The notes below the pieces were generated by a model, which saw only the letters and a list, made by a program, of their open reading frames with translations, did no database searches and was not told the DNA's origin. A stretch of DNA of 64,000 nucleotides from an uncultured Lachnospiraceae bacterium (GTDB taxonomy: Bacteria; Bacillota; Clostridia; Lachnospirales; Lachnospiraceae), in NCBI GenBank assembly GCA_902787715.1, contig CADAHQ010000005.1, positions 2,576 through 66,575 on the forward strand, read 5' to 3'. A program made the position numbers and the translations under genes. How positions within the stretch are numbered: position 1 is the first letter of the stretch; each line of letters starts with the position of its first letter. This document shows positions 1 through 10,595 of the stretch, piece after piece.

Positions 1-491
1 ATCAAGGAAATCAGGATGCTTTGGAATACGAAGTCATGGAACAGATCAAGCTTTCTTCCGCAGTCCAGGAAGGTGATTCGCGTATACTGCTCTTCCTGAA
101 CCATCATATAGCGAAAATCCTCGACAAATCCGACCTCTCCGTCTTCGCCGAGCGCTGCCCGGATATATTTTCCCGCAGTCTCCTGATCGACCATGTAAAT
201 TTTCGACATGTCCGCATACACCACTTCTCCGTCCCTTGCAAGGAGCGCGGAAAAGAAACGGCTTTCATACAGAATCTCCTGCGACATGTCCTTCGGCAGC
301 CACGGCGGGCGCTCTTCCGAGACCACCGGGAACGTTCCCCCGTTCTCCGAGAGGATGGTGAGGGTGGTGTCGGCCTCCTTCACTACCGAGCGGTAGTTTA
401 AGATGTTCATGCCCGCAACAATCACGGCGAGGAGAACGAACAGCGCGGCCAACGCCAGTATGATAAACTTTCTTCGAAGTTTTTGAATCAT
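1..491 (-). CDS. sensor histidine kinase, N-terminal part (gene continues past the window start)
   Basis: Absent from the ORF track because it has no stop in the window. My translation of the minus strand starts at ATG 491-489, which overlaps the regulator stop as ATGA. It reads MIQKLRRKFIILALAALFVLLAVIVAGMNILNYRSVVKEADTTLTILSENGG... and stays open to nt 1. It has an N-terminal TM helix and lies directly downstream of an OmpR-type regulator. Catalytic domains lie outside the window, so the call is contextual. Confidence 0.55.
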   Translation of the reverse strand, partial: MIQKLRRKFIILALAALFVLLAVIVAGMNILNYRSVVKEADTTLTILSENGGTFPVVSEERPPWLPKDMSQEILYESRFFSALLARDGEVVYADMSKIYMVDQETAGKYIRAALGEDGEVGFVEDFRYMMVQEEQYTRITFLDCGRKLDLFHDFVFQSILISL

Positions 492-1159
492 TTCTTTTCC
501 TCCAGGGAATAGCCTGCATTTCTCGAAGCCTTGATGGCGACGTCCGCCGAGAGCGCATCCAGCTTCTTTCGAAGGTAGGAGATGTAAACCCAGACCACAT
601 TGATCTCCACGTCGGTGTCAAAGCCCCAGATTCTCTCCAGAAACCGTTCCGTGGCAACCACGTTGCGCGGGTTTGAGAGAAGCATCTCCATCATCTGAAA
701 CTCCTTGTTGGCCAGCCGGAAGCTGCCGAAGGGCGAGGAGAGCTCGAAGGTGGCACGGTCGAGGGCGATGTTGCCCATGCGAAGCTTGTTGTCCGCCACC
801 GCCCGGCTTCTGGTGATGGCGCGGATGCGGGCGAGGAGCTCTTTCGTGTCGAAGGGCTTCGCGAGATAATCGTTGGCGCCCGAATCCAACCCAAGCACCT
901 TGTCCTCCACCTCGGACTTTGCCGTGAGCATCAAAACCGGAAGGTTGTTGCCCGACTCCCGGAGTTTTCGCAAAACCGTGATGCCGTCCATCTTGGGCAT
1001 CATGATATCCAGAACTGCGACGTCGTAGTTTTCGCTCTGCAGGTAAGCCAGAGCGTCCTCCCCGTCGTACACCGGATCCACCGAGTAATTATTCTTCTCA
1101 AAAATCGAGACCAAAACGCGCGACAGCGCCTTCTCATCCTCCGCAAGCAGAATCCGCAT
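488..1159 (-). CDS. OmpR-family two-component response regulator
   Basis: ORF 488..1234. Start moved to ATG 1159 (MRILLAEDEK...), which has GGAGGG upstream. Receiver domain (LLAEDE, VLDIMMPKMDG, LTAK) plus a winged-helix C-terminus (NVVWVYISYLRKKL). Confidence 0.9.
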   Translation of the reverse strand: MRILLAEDEKALSRVLVSIFEKNNYSVDPVYDGEDALAYLQSENYDVAVLDIMMPKMDGITVLRKLRESGNNLPVLMLTAKSEVEDKVLGLDSGANDYLAKPFDTKELLARIRAITRSRAVADNKLRMGNIALDRATFELSSPFGSFRLANKEFQMMEMLLSNPRNVVATERFLERIWGFDTDVEINVVWVYISYLRKKLDALSADVAIKASRNAGYSLEEKK

Positions 1160-1368
1160 AAACCCTCCGTAAAGCCGTAATCGGCCGTGATTATCCGAAG
1201 AAACGGTCGGAAAATCCATCCCCGGCCTTCCCAATCGTACCGCGGAAAGATTAAATCAACTTAAAACAAATGCCTTCCTCTTCGCTCCTCTATAAAATAT
1301 CATAGAAAGCGCGTCCTTGCAATTGCACAGCCGCGCAAAAAGTCGCGCAATTTTTTTCAAAAAAGGGC

Positions 1369-1398
1369 TTGACAATCGGAAAATCCGGGTGTATAAAT
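1369..1398 (+). promoter_or_regulatory. sigma-A type promoter for glnN
   Basis: TTGACA (1369-1374), 17-nt spacer, TATAAA (1392-1397), with TG immediately upstream of the -10. The implied TSS is near 1404. Confidence 0.6.
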
Positions 1399-1407
1399 GG
1401 GCTCATG

Positions 1408-1425
1408 AAAGGCAACGGCGTCTTT
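1408..1425 (+). promoter_or_regulatory. leader hairpin A: 6-bp stem with hexaloop AACGGC (ANTAR-type antiterminator candidate)
   Basis: AAAGGC-AACGGC-GUCUUU. The loop has A at position 1 and G at position 4. The 3' arm (1418-1425) is shared with the 5' arm of terminator 1, so the two structures are mutually exclusive. Confidence 0.45.
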
Positions 1426-1457
1426 GAGTAATCACTCAGAGGCGCTTTCTCTTTTTT
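1418..1457 (+). terminator. intrinsic terminator 1 in the glnN leader
   Basis: 12-bp stem GCGTCTTTGAGT / ACTCAGAGGCGC (2 G-U pairs), loop AATC, followed by TTTCTCTTTTTT. Confidence 0.6.
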
Positions 1458-1493
1458 AGAAAACAATTTCACAATAAACGATTTCGGATCAAG

Positions 1494-1511
1494 AAAGGCA
1501 AAGGCGTCTTT
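1494..1511 (+). promoter_or_regulatory. leader hairpin B: 6-bp stem with hexaloop AAAGGC (second ANTAR-type candidate)
   Basis: AAAGGC-AAAGGC-GUCUUU, differing from hairpin A at one loop base. The 3' arm overlaps the 5' arm of terminator 2. Confidence 0.45.
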
Positions 1512-1548
1512 CGTACCCAGACGGTACGGGAGGCGCCTCTTTTCATTT
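1503..1548 (+). terminator. intrinsic terminator 2 in the glnN leader
   Basis: 15-bp stem GGCGTCTTTCGTACC / GGTACGGGAGGCGCC (3 G-U pairs), loop CAGAC, then TCTTTTCATTT. It ends 22 nt before the glnN ATG. Confidence 0.6.
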
Positions 1549-1569
1549 CCGGAGCGAAAGGAGAAAATT

Positions 1570-3675
1570 ATGAAGACAACGACAACGGTACCGGATTACT
1601 TCGGATGTGATGTATTTGACGACAGAGTCATGAAGGCGACTCTCTCCGCCAAAGTTTATGCATCCCTCCGTCGCACCATCGATGAGGGTGCGGAACTCGA
1701 TGCAAGTGTTGCCAATGCCGTAGCAGAAGCGATGAAGGAATGGGCAGTCGGCAAGGGAGCAACGCATTTTACGCACTGGTTCCAGCCGCTCACTGGTATC
1801 ACCGCCGAGAAGCATGACAGCTTCATCTCCCCGTCTCCGGACGGCGGCGTGATCATGGAGTTCTCCGGCAAGGAGCTCATCAAGGGCGAGCCGGATGCAT
1901 CCTCCTTCCCCAGTGGCGGCCTTCGCGCTACCTTCGAGGCGAGAGGATACACCGCATGGGATCCCACTTCCTACGCATTCTTAAAGGGCAACACCCTTTG
2001 CATTCCCACCGCGTTCTGCTCTTACGGCGGACACGCCCTGGACAAGAAGACCCCGCTGCTGCGTTCCATGGAGGCGCTCAGCAAGCAGGCACTTCGTATC
2101 CTTCGCCTCTTCGGCAACACCACGGCGAAGCGCGTTATCTCCTCCGTAGGACCGGAGCAGGAATACTTCCTCATTTCTAAGGAAATGTATGACAAGCGTC
2201 CCGACCTTCGTTTCACGGGCCGCACGCTCTTCGGTTCCAAGCCTCCGAAGGGCCAGGAGCTTGACGATCATTACTTCGGCGTTATCAAGCCCGGCGTACA
2301 GGCCTACATGAAGGACCTGAACGAGGAACTCTGGAAGCTCGGAATCCTTGCAAAGACCGAGCACAACGAAGTGGCTCCCGCACAGCACGAGCTGGCGCCG
2401 ATCTACTCCACCACAAACATCGCAACGGATCACAACCAGTTGACGATGGAGATCATGCAGAAGGTTGCTGCCAAGCACGGTCTTGTCTGCCTGCTTCATG
2501 AGAAGCCTTTCGCAGGCGTGAACGGCTCCGGCAAGCACAACAACTGGTCCATCGCAACAGACAACGGCCAGAACCTCCTCTCCCCCGGAGATACGCCTTA
2601 TGAAAATGCACAGTTCCTGTTGTTCCTTTGCGCGGTCATCAAGGCCGTGGACGATTATCAGGATCTGCTTCGTCTCTCCGTAGCTACCGCCGGCAACGAC
2701 CATCGTCTCGGCGCAAACGAGGCTCCGCCTGCAGTTATCTCCATGTTCCTCGGCGACGAACTGAACGCCGTTTTGGAAGCAATCGACACCGACAAGCCTT
2801 ACGCCGGAACCGAAAAGACCGTCATGAAGCTGGGGGTTGATGTTCTTCCGAAGTTCAACCGCGATACGACGGACCGCAACCGTACTTCGCCGTTCGCATT
2901 TACCGGCAACAAATTCGAGTTCCGTATGCTCGGTTCCTCCAACAGCATCGCATGTGCAAACATCATGCTCAACAGTGCCGTAGCAGAATCCCTGAAGATT
3001 TACGCCGACCGTCTGGAGGGCGCCGAGAACTTCGAGGATGCTCTTCACGCAATGATCAAGAAGACCATCAAGGATCACAAGCGCATCATCTTCAACGGCA
3101 ACGGTTACGATGATGCCTGGATCAAGGAAGCAACGGAAGTCCGCGGTCTTTCCAACTACCGCACGACGGCCGACTGCATGCCTCACCTTCTGGATAAGAA
3201 GAACGCCGACATGCTCATCTCCCACGGCGTGTTCACCATGGACGAACTTCGCTCCCGTGTTGACATCATGCTGGAGAACTACTGCAAGAGCGTTGCCATC
3301 GAGGCCAACACCATGGTTGACATGGCCAAGACCCAGATTGCACCGGCAGTCGACAAATACGCATCGGATCTCGCAAGAGACGTTGCTGCGAAGAAGGCTG
3401 TGGACGGATCCATTCCGTGCCGCCGCGACAGCAAGCTGATCGCAAGACTCTCCGCTCTCACCGACATCATCGACGAGCGCACGGAAGTTCTGGAGAGCAC
3501 CATGGTTTCGCTCCGCGAGATCGAGGGAATCATTCCCGAGTCCGAGTTTATCCGCGACAAGGTTCTGCCTGCGATGACCGAGCTTCGCATCGCCTGCGAT
3601 GAGGCCGAAACCCTCACGGCGAGAAGCTACTGGCCGTACCCGACCTACGGCGACATCCTCTTCAGCGTACGCTGA
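1570..3675 (+). CDS. glnN: glutamine synthetase, type III
   Basis: 701 aa. The N-terminus ...[30 protein letters not shown]...[24 protein letters not shown] and the ~700-aa length are characteristic of GSIII. AGGAG lies 7 nt before the ATG. Confidence 0.93.
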   Translation: MKTTTTVPDYFGCDVFDDRVMKATLSAKVYASLRRTIDEGAELDASVANAVAEAMKEWAVGKGATHFTHWFQPLTGITAEKHDSFISPSPDGGVIMEFSGKELIKGEPDASSFPSGGLRATFEARGYTAWDPTSYAFLKGNTLCIPTAFCSYGGHALDKKTPLLRSMEALSKQALRILRLFGNTTAKRVISSVGPEQEYFLISKEMYDKRPDLRFTGRTLFGSKPPKGQELDDHYFGVIKPGVQAYMKDLNEELWKLGILAKTEHNEVAPAQHELAPIYSTTNIATDHNQLTMEIMQKVAAKHGLVCLLHEKPFAGVNGSGKHNNWSIATDNGQNLLSPGDTPYENAQFLLFLCAVIKAVDDYQDLLRLSVATAGNDHRLGANEAPPAVISMFLGDELNAVLEAIDTDKPYAGTEKTVMKLGVDVLPKFNRDTTDRNRTSPFAFTGNKFEFRMLGSSNSIACANIMLNSAVAESLKIYADRLEGAENFEDALHAMIKKTIKDHKRIIFNGNGYDDAWIKEATEVRGLSNYRTTADCMPHLLDKKNADMLISHGVFTMDELRSRVDIMLENYCKSVAIEANTMVDMAKTQIAPAVDKYASDLARDVAAKKAVDGSIPCRRDSKLIARLSALTDIIDERTEVLESTMVSLREIEGIIPESEFIRDKVLPAMTELRIACDEAETLTARSYWPYPTYGDILFSVR

Positions 3676-3850
3676 TCATAGCAAAACAAAACCGGACGGC
3701 TCCACGCAGCTCCGCTGGAGAGTTACGGGAGCCGCCCGGCGGAAATAAGTGTAGTAAAACAAAGGGAAAGGGGTTCCATGCCTCTGCAGCGACGCCGGCC
3801 GATGGAGCCGAACGGACCTGCAGGGAGTATTTACAAAGGAGGTGCTTGCT

Positions 3851-5605
3851 ATGTCAATCACCGATATTACCTCAATTGTCACAAAAGAAGCTTTTGGTAT
3901 CTGGTTCCTGATCGGAGCCGCACTCGTGTTCTTCATGCAGGCCGGGTTCGCCATGGTTGAGACCGGTTTCACCCGTGCGAAAAATGCCGGCAACATCATC
4001 ATGAAGAACCTCATGGATTTCTGTATCGGTACGGTTGTTTTCGTACTGCTCGGCTTCTCTCTCATGATGGCCGAGGATTATGTATGCGGATTTATCGGCA
4101 TTCCGAATCTTAAGATCTTCACCGATTTCGGTGGGTTCCTCGAGGACGGAATGGCTCCTTCCTTCGTATTCAACCTTGTGTTCTGCGCAACGGCAGCCAC
4201 CATCGTATCCGGCTCCATGGCAGAGCGCACGAAGTTCATCTCCTATTGCATTTACTCCGGCGTCATTTCGCTGTTTGTTTACCCCATTGAAGCCGGTTGG
4301 GTTTGGAACTCGCAGGGCTGGCTTGTGAAGCTCGGTTTCCACGATTTCGCAGGTTCCGCAGCGATCCACTCCGTCGGCGGTATCACCGCATTGATCGGTG
4401 CTATCCTGGTTGGTCCCCGCCTTGGCAAATACGTAAAAGACAAGAGCGGTAAAGTTACGAAAGTTAACGCTATTCCCGGTCACGCCATCACCTTAGGTGC
4501 TCTCGGATGCTTCATCCTGTGGTTTGGCTGGTACGGTTTCAACGGCGCTGCTGCCTGGGACGGAAACTCCCTTGCTTCCATCTTCGTCACCACAACGATC
4601 GCTCCGGCAGTTGCCACCTGCACCACTTTGTTATACACCTGGATTAAGAACGGCAAGCCCGATGTTTCGATGTGCCTTAACGCCTCCCTGGCAGGTCTTG
4701 TAGGTATCACCGCAGGGTGCGACGCTTTGGACGCTTTAGGTGCAAGCATCGTCGGTATCGTATCCGGTATCCTGGTAGTCATTGTTGTCGAAGTACTTGA
4801 TCTGAAGTGCCATGTGGACGATCCCGTCGGTGCCGTAGGTGTGCATTTTGCGAACGGCATCTGGGGAACCATCGCCGTAGGCTTGCTTGCAAACCCGAAG
4901 GCTCCCGCCGGGTTGGAAGGTCTGTTCTACACCGGTAGTCCCAAGCTTTTAGGCATTCAGGCACTTGGTATCGCTGCCATCCTTGCATGGACTGCAGTAT
5001 GCATGACCATCACGTTTATGATTATCAAGAAGACCATCGGTCTCCGTGTTTCGCCCGAGGAAGAGATTCGCGGTCTGGACAGCACCGAGCACGGTCTTCC
5101 GAGTTCCTACGCAGACTTCGCTCCCGCAGTTGCCGGTCTTCCTTACAGCTTCCCTGAGGCTGCCGATGCGGTTGCCGTTACCGGTGAGACGCCGGTTGCC
5201 GAGGCCGTTCCGGTAAAGAAGGTTGCCTCGGTTGTGGATGACGGTTCGCCGAAGTTCACAAAGGTTGAAATTGTCTGCCGTGAGTCCCGCTTCGAGCAAT
5301 TGAAAGAGGCCATGATGGGTATCGGTATCACCGGTATGACCGTCTCCCACGTGCTCGGCTGCGGTATCCAGAAGGGCAAGCCGGAGTTCTATCGTGGTGT
5401 TCCGGTTGAGGCCACTCTGCTTCCTAAGATTCAGGTTGACATCGTCGTCGTAGCGGTTCCGGTACGCAAGGTTATCGAGACCGCCAAGAAGGTGCTTTAC
5501 ACCGGACATATCGGCGACGGCAAGATCTTCGTATACGATGTGGAAAATGTCATTAAAGTCCGCACCGGCGAAGAAGGTTACGACGCTTTACAAGACGTAG
5601 AATAA
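3851..5605 (+). CDS. amtB: ammonium transporter AmtB fused to a C-terminal P-II (GlnB/GlnK) domain
   Basis: ORF 3842..5605. Start moved to ATG 3851, 8 nt after AGGAGG (3837-3842). The N-terminal ~410 aa are Amt-like (FFMQAGFAMVETGF, multi-TM). After a Pro/Ala/Val linker, the last ~112 aa (about nt 5261-5602) read as P-II: GITGMTVSHVLGCGIQKGKPEFYRG...TGHIGDGKIFVYDVENVIKVRTGEEG. Confidence 0.88.
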   Translation: MSITDITSIVTKEAFGIWFLIGAALVFFMQAGFAMVETGFTRAKNAGNIIMKNLMDFCIGTVVFVLLGFSLMMAEDYVCGFIGIPNLKIFTDFGGFLEDGMAPSFVFNLVFCATAATIVSGSMAERTKFISYCIYSGVISLFVYPIEAGWVWNSQGWLVKLGFHDFAGSAAIHSVGGITALIGAILVGPRLGKYVKDKSGKVTKVNAIPGHAITLGALGCFILWFGWYGFNGAAAWDGNSLASIFVTTTIAPAVATCTTLLYTWIKNGKPDVSMCLNASLAGLVGITAGCDALDALGASIVGIVSGILVVIVVEVLDLKCHVDDPVGAVGVHFANGIWGTIAVGLLANPKAPAGLEGLFYTGSPKLLGIQALGIAAILAWTAVCMTITFMIIKKTIGLRVSPEEEIRGLDSTEHGLPSSYADFAPAVAGLPYSFPEAADAVAVTGETPVAEAVPVKKVASVVDDGSPKFTKVEIVCRESRFEQLKEAMMGIGITGMTVSHVLGCGIQKGKPEFYRGVPVEATLLPKIQVDIVVVAVPVRKVIETAKKVLYTGHIGDGKIFVYDVENVIKVRTGEEGYDALQDVE

Positions 5606-5621
5606 TATACCCGGAAAGATG

Positions 5622-5668
5622 CAAACCCCCGAAAAGCCCCGCGATTGTGCGGGGTTTCGGGCGGTTTG
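5622..5668 (+). other. long imperfect stem-loop between amtB and asnB (weak terminator or processing site)
   Basis: Core CCCCGC-GATTGT-GCGGGG followed by TTT, extended by CAAACCCCCGAAAA / TTTCGGGCGGTTTG. There is no strong U-tract. The asnB RBS follows 3 nt later. Confidence 0.35.
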
Positions 5669-5685
5669 TAAGAGGTGAATTTACC

Positions 5686-7269
5686 ATGTGTTCCATTATC
5701 GGATACTGCGGGCCGGTGAGCGACCCGAGAGCATTTACGGAAGGATTTGCGCAGACCGTGTCCCGCGGCCCGGACGACACGCGCATCCTTGATACCGGCC
5801 ACGGCCTTCTCGGCTTCCACCGCCTTGCCATCATGGATCTCTCAGGCAGCGGCATGCAGCCCTTTACCCTCGGCGGAGACGCTGTTGTATGTAACGGCGA
5901 GCTGTACGGTTTTGCCGCACAGCGGGAGGCTCTTTCGAAGAAAGGCTACCGCTTCACCACCGACAGCGATTGCGAGATTCTTCTTCCGATGTACCGCGTC
6001 TACGGCACCGAAATGTTCTCGAAGCTGGATGCGGAGTTTGCCTGCGTGATTTACGACGGGCGGACCAATGAATTTATCGCAGCCCGCGATCCCATCGGCA
6101 TCCGTCCTCTCTACTACGGAACAGACAAAAACGGAACCGTGGTTTTTGCCAGCGAACCGAAGAACCTCACAGGCCTCTGTGAGCACATTCTCCCCTTCCC
6201 TCCCGGCTGCTACTGGAAGGGCGGCAAATTCTACCGCTACTGCGACATTGCAGCGGTATCGGAAGTCTCCGGCGACGATCTGGAGACCGTCTGCGGCAAG
6301 ATCCGCGAGAAGCTGATTGCAGGCGTTGAAAAACGTCTGGTTGCAGACGCAAAAGTCGGTTTCCTGCTCTCCGGCGGTCTGGACTCCTCCCTCGTGTGCG
6401 CCATCGCCGCGAGAAAGAGCGACAAGCCCATCCGCACCTTTGCCATCGGCATGAGCAAGGACGCCATCGACTTAAAGTATGCAAAGCAGGTTGCCGATTT
6501 TATCGGCGCCGACCACACGGAAGTTTTCATGACACCGGAGGAAGTTATCTCTTCCCTTCCGGAGGTCATTAAGCTCCTCGGAACCTTCGACATCACGACC
6601 ATCCGGGCGAGCATGGGCATGTATCTGGTATGTAAGGCAATTCACGAGCAGACGGACATCCGTGTGCTCCTCACCGGAGAAATTTCCGACGAGCTCTTCG
6701 GCTACAAATACACCGACTTCGCGCCCAGCGCGGAAGCTTTCCAGAAGGAGTCGCAGAAGCGCGTCCGCGAGCTGCACATGTACGATGTGCTCCGCGCCGA
6801 CCGCTGCATCAGCGTAAACTCCTTAGAGGCGCGGGTTCCCTTCGGCGATCTCGATTTTGTTCACTACGTGATGAGCATCGATCCCGAGATGAAGCGGAAC
6901 CATTACAACATGGGCAAATACCTCCTTCGCCACGCCTTCGAAGGTCTTGCGTACCTTCCGGATTCCATTTTGTGGCGTGAGAAGGCTGCATTTTCCGATG
7001 CGGTGGGTCACTCGATGGTGGACTACTTAAAGGAGTACGCCGAATCGCAGTACACCGATGAGGAATTCGAGGAGAAGCGCAAAAAATACACCCACGCGCA
7101 GCCCTTCACGAAAGAGTCGCTCCTCTACCGCGAGATTTTCGAGCAGTATTATCCGGGACAGGGCGAGATGATCGTCGACTTCTGGATGCCGAACCGCGAG
7201 TGGGAAGGCTGCAACGTCAACGATCCTTCGGCGCGCGTTCTCTCCAACTACGGCGCAAGCGGTATCTGA
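5686..7269 (+). CDS. asnB: asparagine synthetase (glutamine-hydrolysing)
   Basis: ORF 5647..7269. Start set to ATG 5686 so the mature N-terminus is Met-Cys (MCSIIGY), the class II amidotransferase nucleophile. SGGLDSS PP-loop motif present. 527 aa. Confidence 0.92.
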   Translation: MCSIIGYCGPVSDPRAFTEGFAQTVSRGPDDTRILDTGHGLLGFHRLAIMDLSGSGMQPFTLGGDAVVCNGELYGFAAQREALSKKGYRFTTDSDCEILLPMYRVYGTEMFSKLDAEFACVIYDGRTNEFIAARDPIGIRPLYYGTDKNGTVVFASEPKNLTGLCEHILPFPPGCYWKGGKFYRYCDIAAVSEVSGDDLETVCGKIREKLIAGVEKRLVADAKVGFLLSGGLDSSLVCAIAARKSDKPIRTFAIGMSKDAIDLKYAKQVADFIGADHTEVFMTPEEVISSLPEVIKLLGTFDITTIRASMGMYLVCKAIHEQTDIRVLLTGEISDELFGYKYTDFAPSAEAFQKESQKRVRELHMYDVLRADRCISVNSLEARVPFGDLDFVHYVMSIDPEMKRNHYNMGKYLLRHAFEGLAYLPDSILWREKAAFSDAVGHSMVDYLKEYAESQYTDEEFEEKRKKYTHAQPFTKESLLYREIFEQYYPGQGEMIVDFWMPNREWEGCNVNDPSARVLSNYGASGI

Positions 7270-7317
7270 CAAAACCGCACTGCGGCACGGAAATTATTAT
7301 TCTACAGAAATTCAAGA

Positions 7318-7350
7318 GGAATCCGAACGGTTCGGAGTTCCGTTTTGTGT
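7318..7350 (+). terminator. intrinsic terminator after asnB
   Basis: GGAATCCGAA-CGG-TTCGGA(G)TTCC (10 bp, one bulge) followed by GTTTTGTGT. It lies 49 nt after the asnB stop and 26 nt before the pyrG start. Confidence 0.5.
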
Positions 7351-7360
7351 GAAACGATAA

Positions 7361-8980
<1,620 letters not shown>

Positions 8981-9037
8981 CGCTCCGCCCGGACGGCCAA
9001 TTCATTTGAATCTTCTCTGTATTCCGAGGTTGTGTTT

Positions 9038-10462
9038 ATGAGTACATCGTTTGACAAATTACATGAGGAGTGCGGTGTCTTCGGTGTCTTCGCAAAAGAC
9101 CCTGTGCCGGCTGCGGAGATGGCCTACTACGGCCTCTACGCATTGCAGCACCGCGGTCAGGAGAGCTGCGGAATCGTCGTCAACGACGACGGAATCTTCC
9201 GCTCCCACAAAGATGTCGGTCTGGTCTCGGACGTGTTCCCGCGGGAGGTGCTGGCCTCCTTCCCCGCAGCGACCATGGCGGTCGCCCACACCCGGTACGC
9301 CACCACCGGCGGCTCCGGCCGAAGCAACGTCCAGCCCATTGAAGTCAACCACCAGAAAGGAAAGATGGCGCTTGCACACAACGGAAACATCAGCAACGCC
9401 GCCGAGCTCCGCTCCGCCCTCGAGCTGACCGGAGCCATCTTCCACACCACAAGCGACACCGAGATCATCGCTTATCTCGTGACCAAGGAGCGGCTCTTAA
9501 GCCCCTCCATCGAGGACGCGGTGAGCCGGGCAGTGGCATCGCTGCAGGGTGCATTTTCCCTGATTGTCATGTCGGCGCAGAAACTGATCTGCATCCGCGA
9601 TCCCCACGGTTTCCGGCCGCTCTGCTACGGGCAGACGGCGGACGGCACCTACATCGTCGCCTCCGAGACCTGTGCGCTGCACGCCGTCGGAGCAACGCCG
9701 ATCCGGGATGTGGAGCCCGGCGAGATGCTTGTCTTCAGCCGTGACGGTGTCGTCTCCCGGAAAGAGCACTGCGGAACCGCCCCGGTGCGGCACTGCATCT
9801 TCGAATACATCTATTTTGCGAGACCGGATTCCGTCATCGACGGCGTCTCCGTGCATGCGGCAAGACTGCGTGCCGGTGAGATTCTCGCCCTCGCCCATCC
9901 GGCGGATGCCGACATTGTCATCGGTGTTCCGGACTCGGGACTCGACGCGGCCATCGGCTACGCCAGAGCCTCCGGCATTCCCTACGGCATCGGGCTCATC
10001 AAAAACAAATACATCGGGCGCACCTTCATCAAGCCCTCCGGGCGGATGGACGCCGTAAAGATAAAGCTTGCCGCCGTGGAGGAGACCGTCAGGAACAAGC
10101 GCATTGTCCTGATTGACGACTCCATCGTGCGCGGCACCACCTGCGCCCACATCGTGCGGATGCTCCGGGAAGCCGGCGCGAAAGAAATTCATATGCGCGT
10201 CACGGCACCGCCCTTCCTGCATCCCTGCTACTACGGAACGGACGTGGATTCCGAGGACAATCTGATTGCGTGCAAACACACCGTTCCGGAGATTGCGAAA
10301 ATCATCGGTGTGGACACCCTCGGATACCTCCCTGTGGACGAGCTTCCGGGTCTGTGCGGCAGTGCCGACATCTGCAGCGCCTGCTTCGACGGCTCCTACC
10401 CGACTCCGGTTCCCTCGGACACGAGAAAAGACCGCTTCGAACAGCGGTTGTCCGAGCGCTGA
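9038..10462 (+). CDS. purF: amidophosphoribosyltransferase (with propeptide)
   Basis: ORF 9032..10462. ATG 9038 gives MSTSFDKLHEE|CGVFGVF, an 11-residue propeptide before the catalytic Cys as in the Bacillus enzyme. Cys ligands consistent with a 4Fe-4S cluster (CIFEYIYFARPDS, CSAC). Confidence 0.94.
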   Translation: MSTSFDKLHEECGVFGVFAKDPVPAAEMAYYGLYALQHRGQESCGIVVNDDGIFRSHKDVGLVSDVFPREVLASFPAATMAVAHTRYATTGGSGRSNVQPIEVNHQKGKMALAHNGNISNAAELRSALELTGAIFHTTSDTEIIAYLVTKERLLSPSIEDAVSRAVASLQGAFSLIVMSAQKLICIRDPHGFRPLCYGQTADGTYIVASETCALHAVGATPIRDVEPGEMLVFSRDGVVSRKEHCGTAPVRHCIFEYIYFARPDSVIDGVSVHAARLRAGEILALAHPADADIVIGVPDSGLDAAIGYARASGIPYGIGLIKNKYIGRTFIKPSGRMDAVKIKLAAVEETVRNKRIVLIDDSIVRGTTCAHIVRMLREAGAKEIHMRVTAPPFLHPCYYGTDVDSEDNLIACKHTVPEIAKIIGVDTLGYLPVDELPGLCGSADICSACFDGSYPTPVPSDTRKDRFEQRLSER

Positions 10463-10595
10463 TCTTTACCCGCGAAAAGCTGCAGTTTCCGTAAGCGAAA
10501 CTGTTTACAACAAATCAGAGAGCGCGTATAATCGTTTTGGTCGTGAAAACGATCTTGAAACCAAAGAATCTCACTCAGGAAAGGTCGAAACCAAG

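Noticed and set aside
1981-3225. 414-aa ORF on the minus strand inside glnN. Similar long antisense ORFs are 7472..8758, 11728..12576, 40121..41077, 58029..59219 and 59104..60162.
   Set aside because: Each lies fully antisense to a gene with unmistakable family motifs. Their translations are Arg/Gly/Ala/Val-rich with no motifs or RBS. These are the usual open antisense frames of GC-rich DNA.
7275-7350. pyrG-type CTP-sensing (reiterative transcription) attenuator.
   Set aside because: The hairpin is placed as expected for the asnB terminator. I could not find a promoter between asnB and the hairpin. The 5' arm is not the pyrimidine-rich segment required for the Bacillus poly-G mechanism.
10266-10595. 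110-codon N-terminal extension of carA in the ORF track, overlapping purF.
   Set aside because: The extension overlaps the purF 3' end in another frame and has no similarity to CarA. The internal ATG 10596 has an RBS and gives a canonical-length CarA.
10463-10595. PyrR binding loop or attenuator in front of carA (AAUCAGAGAGCGC).
   Set aside because: It only loosely resembles ARUCCAGAGAGGYU. The two small hairpins lack convincing terminator or antiterminator alternatives.
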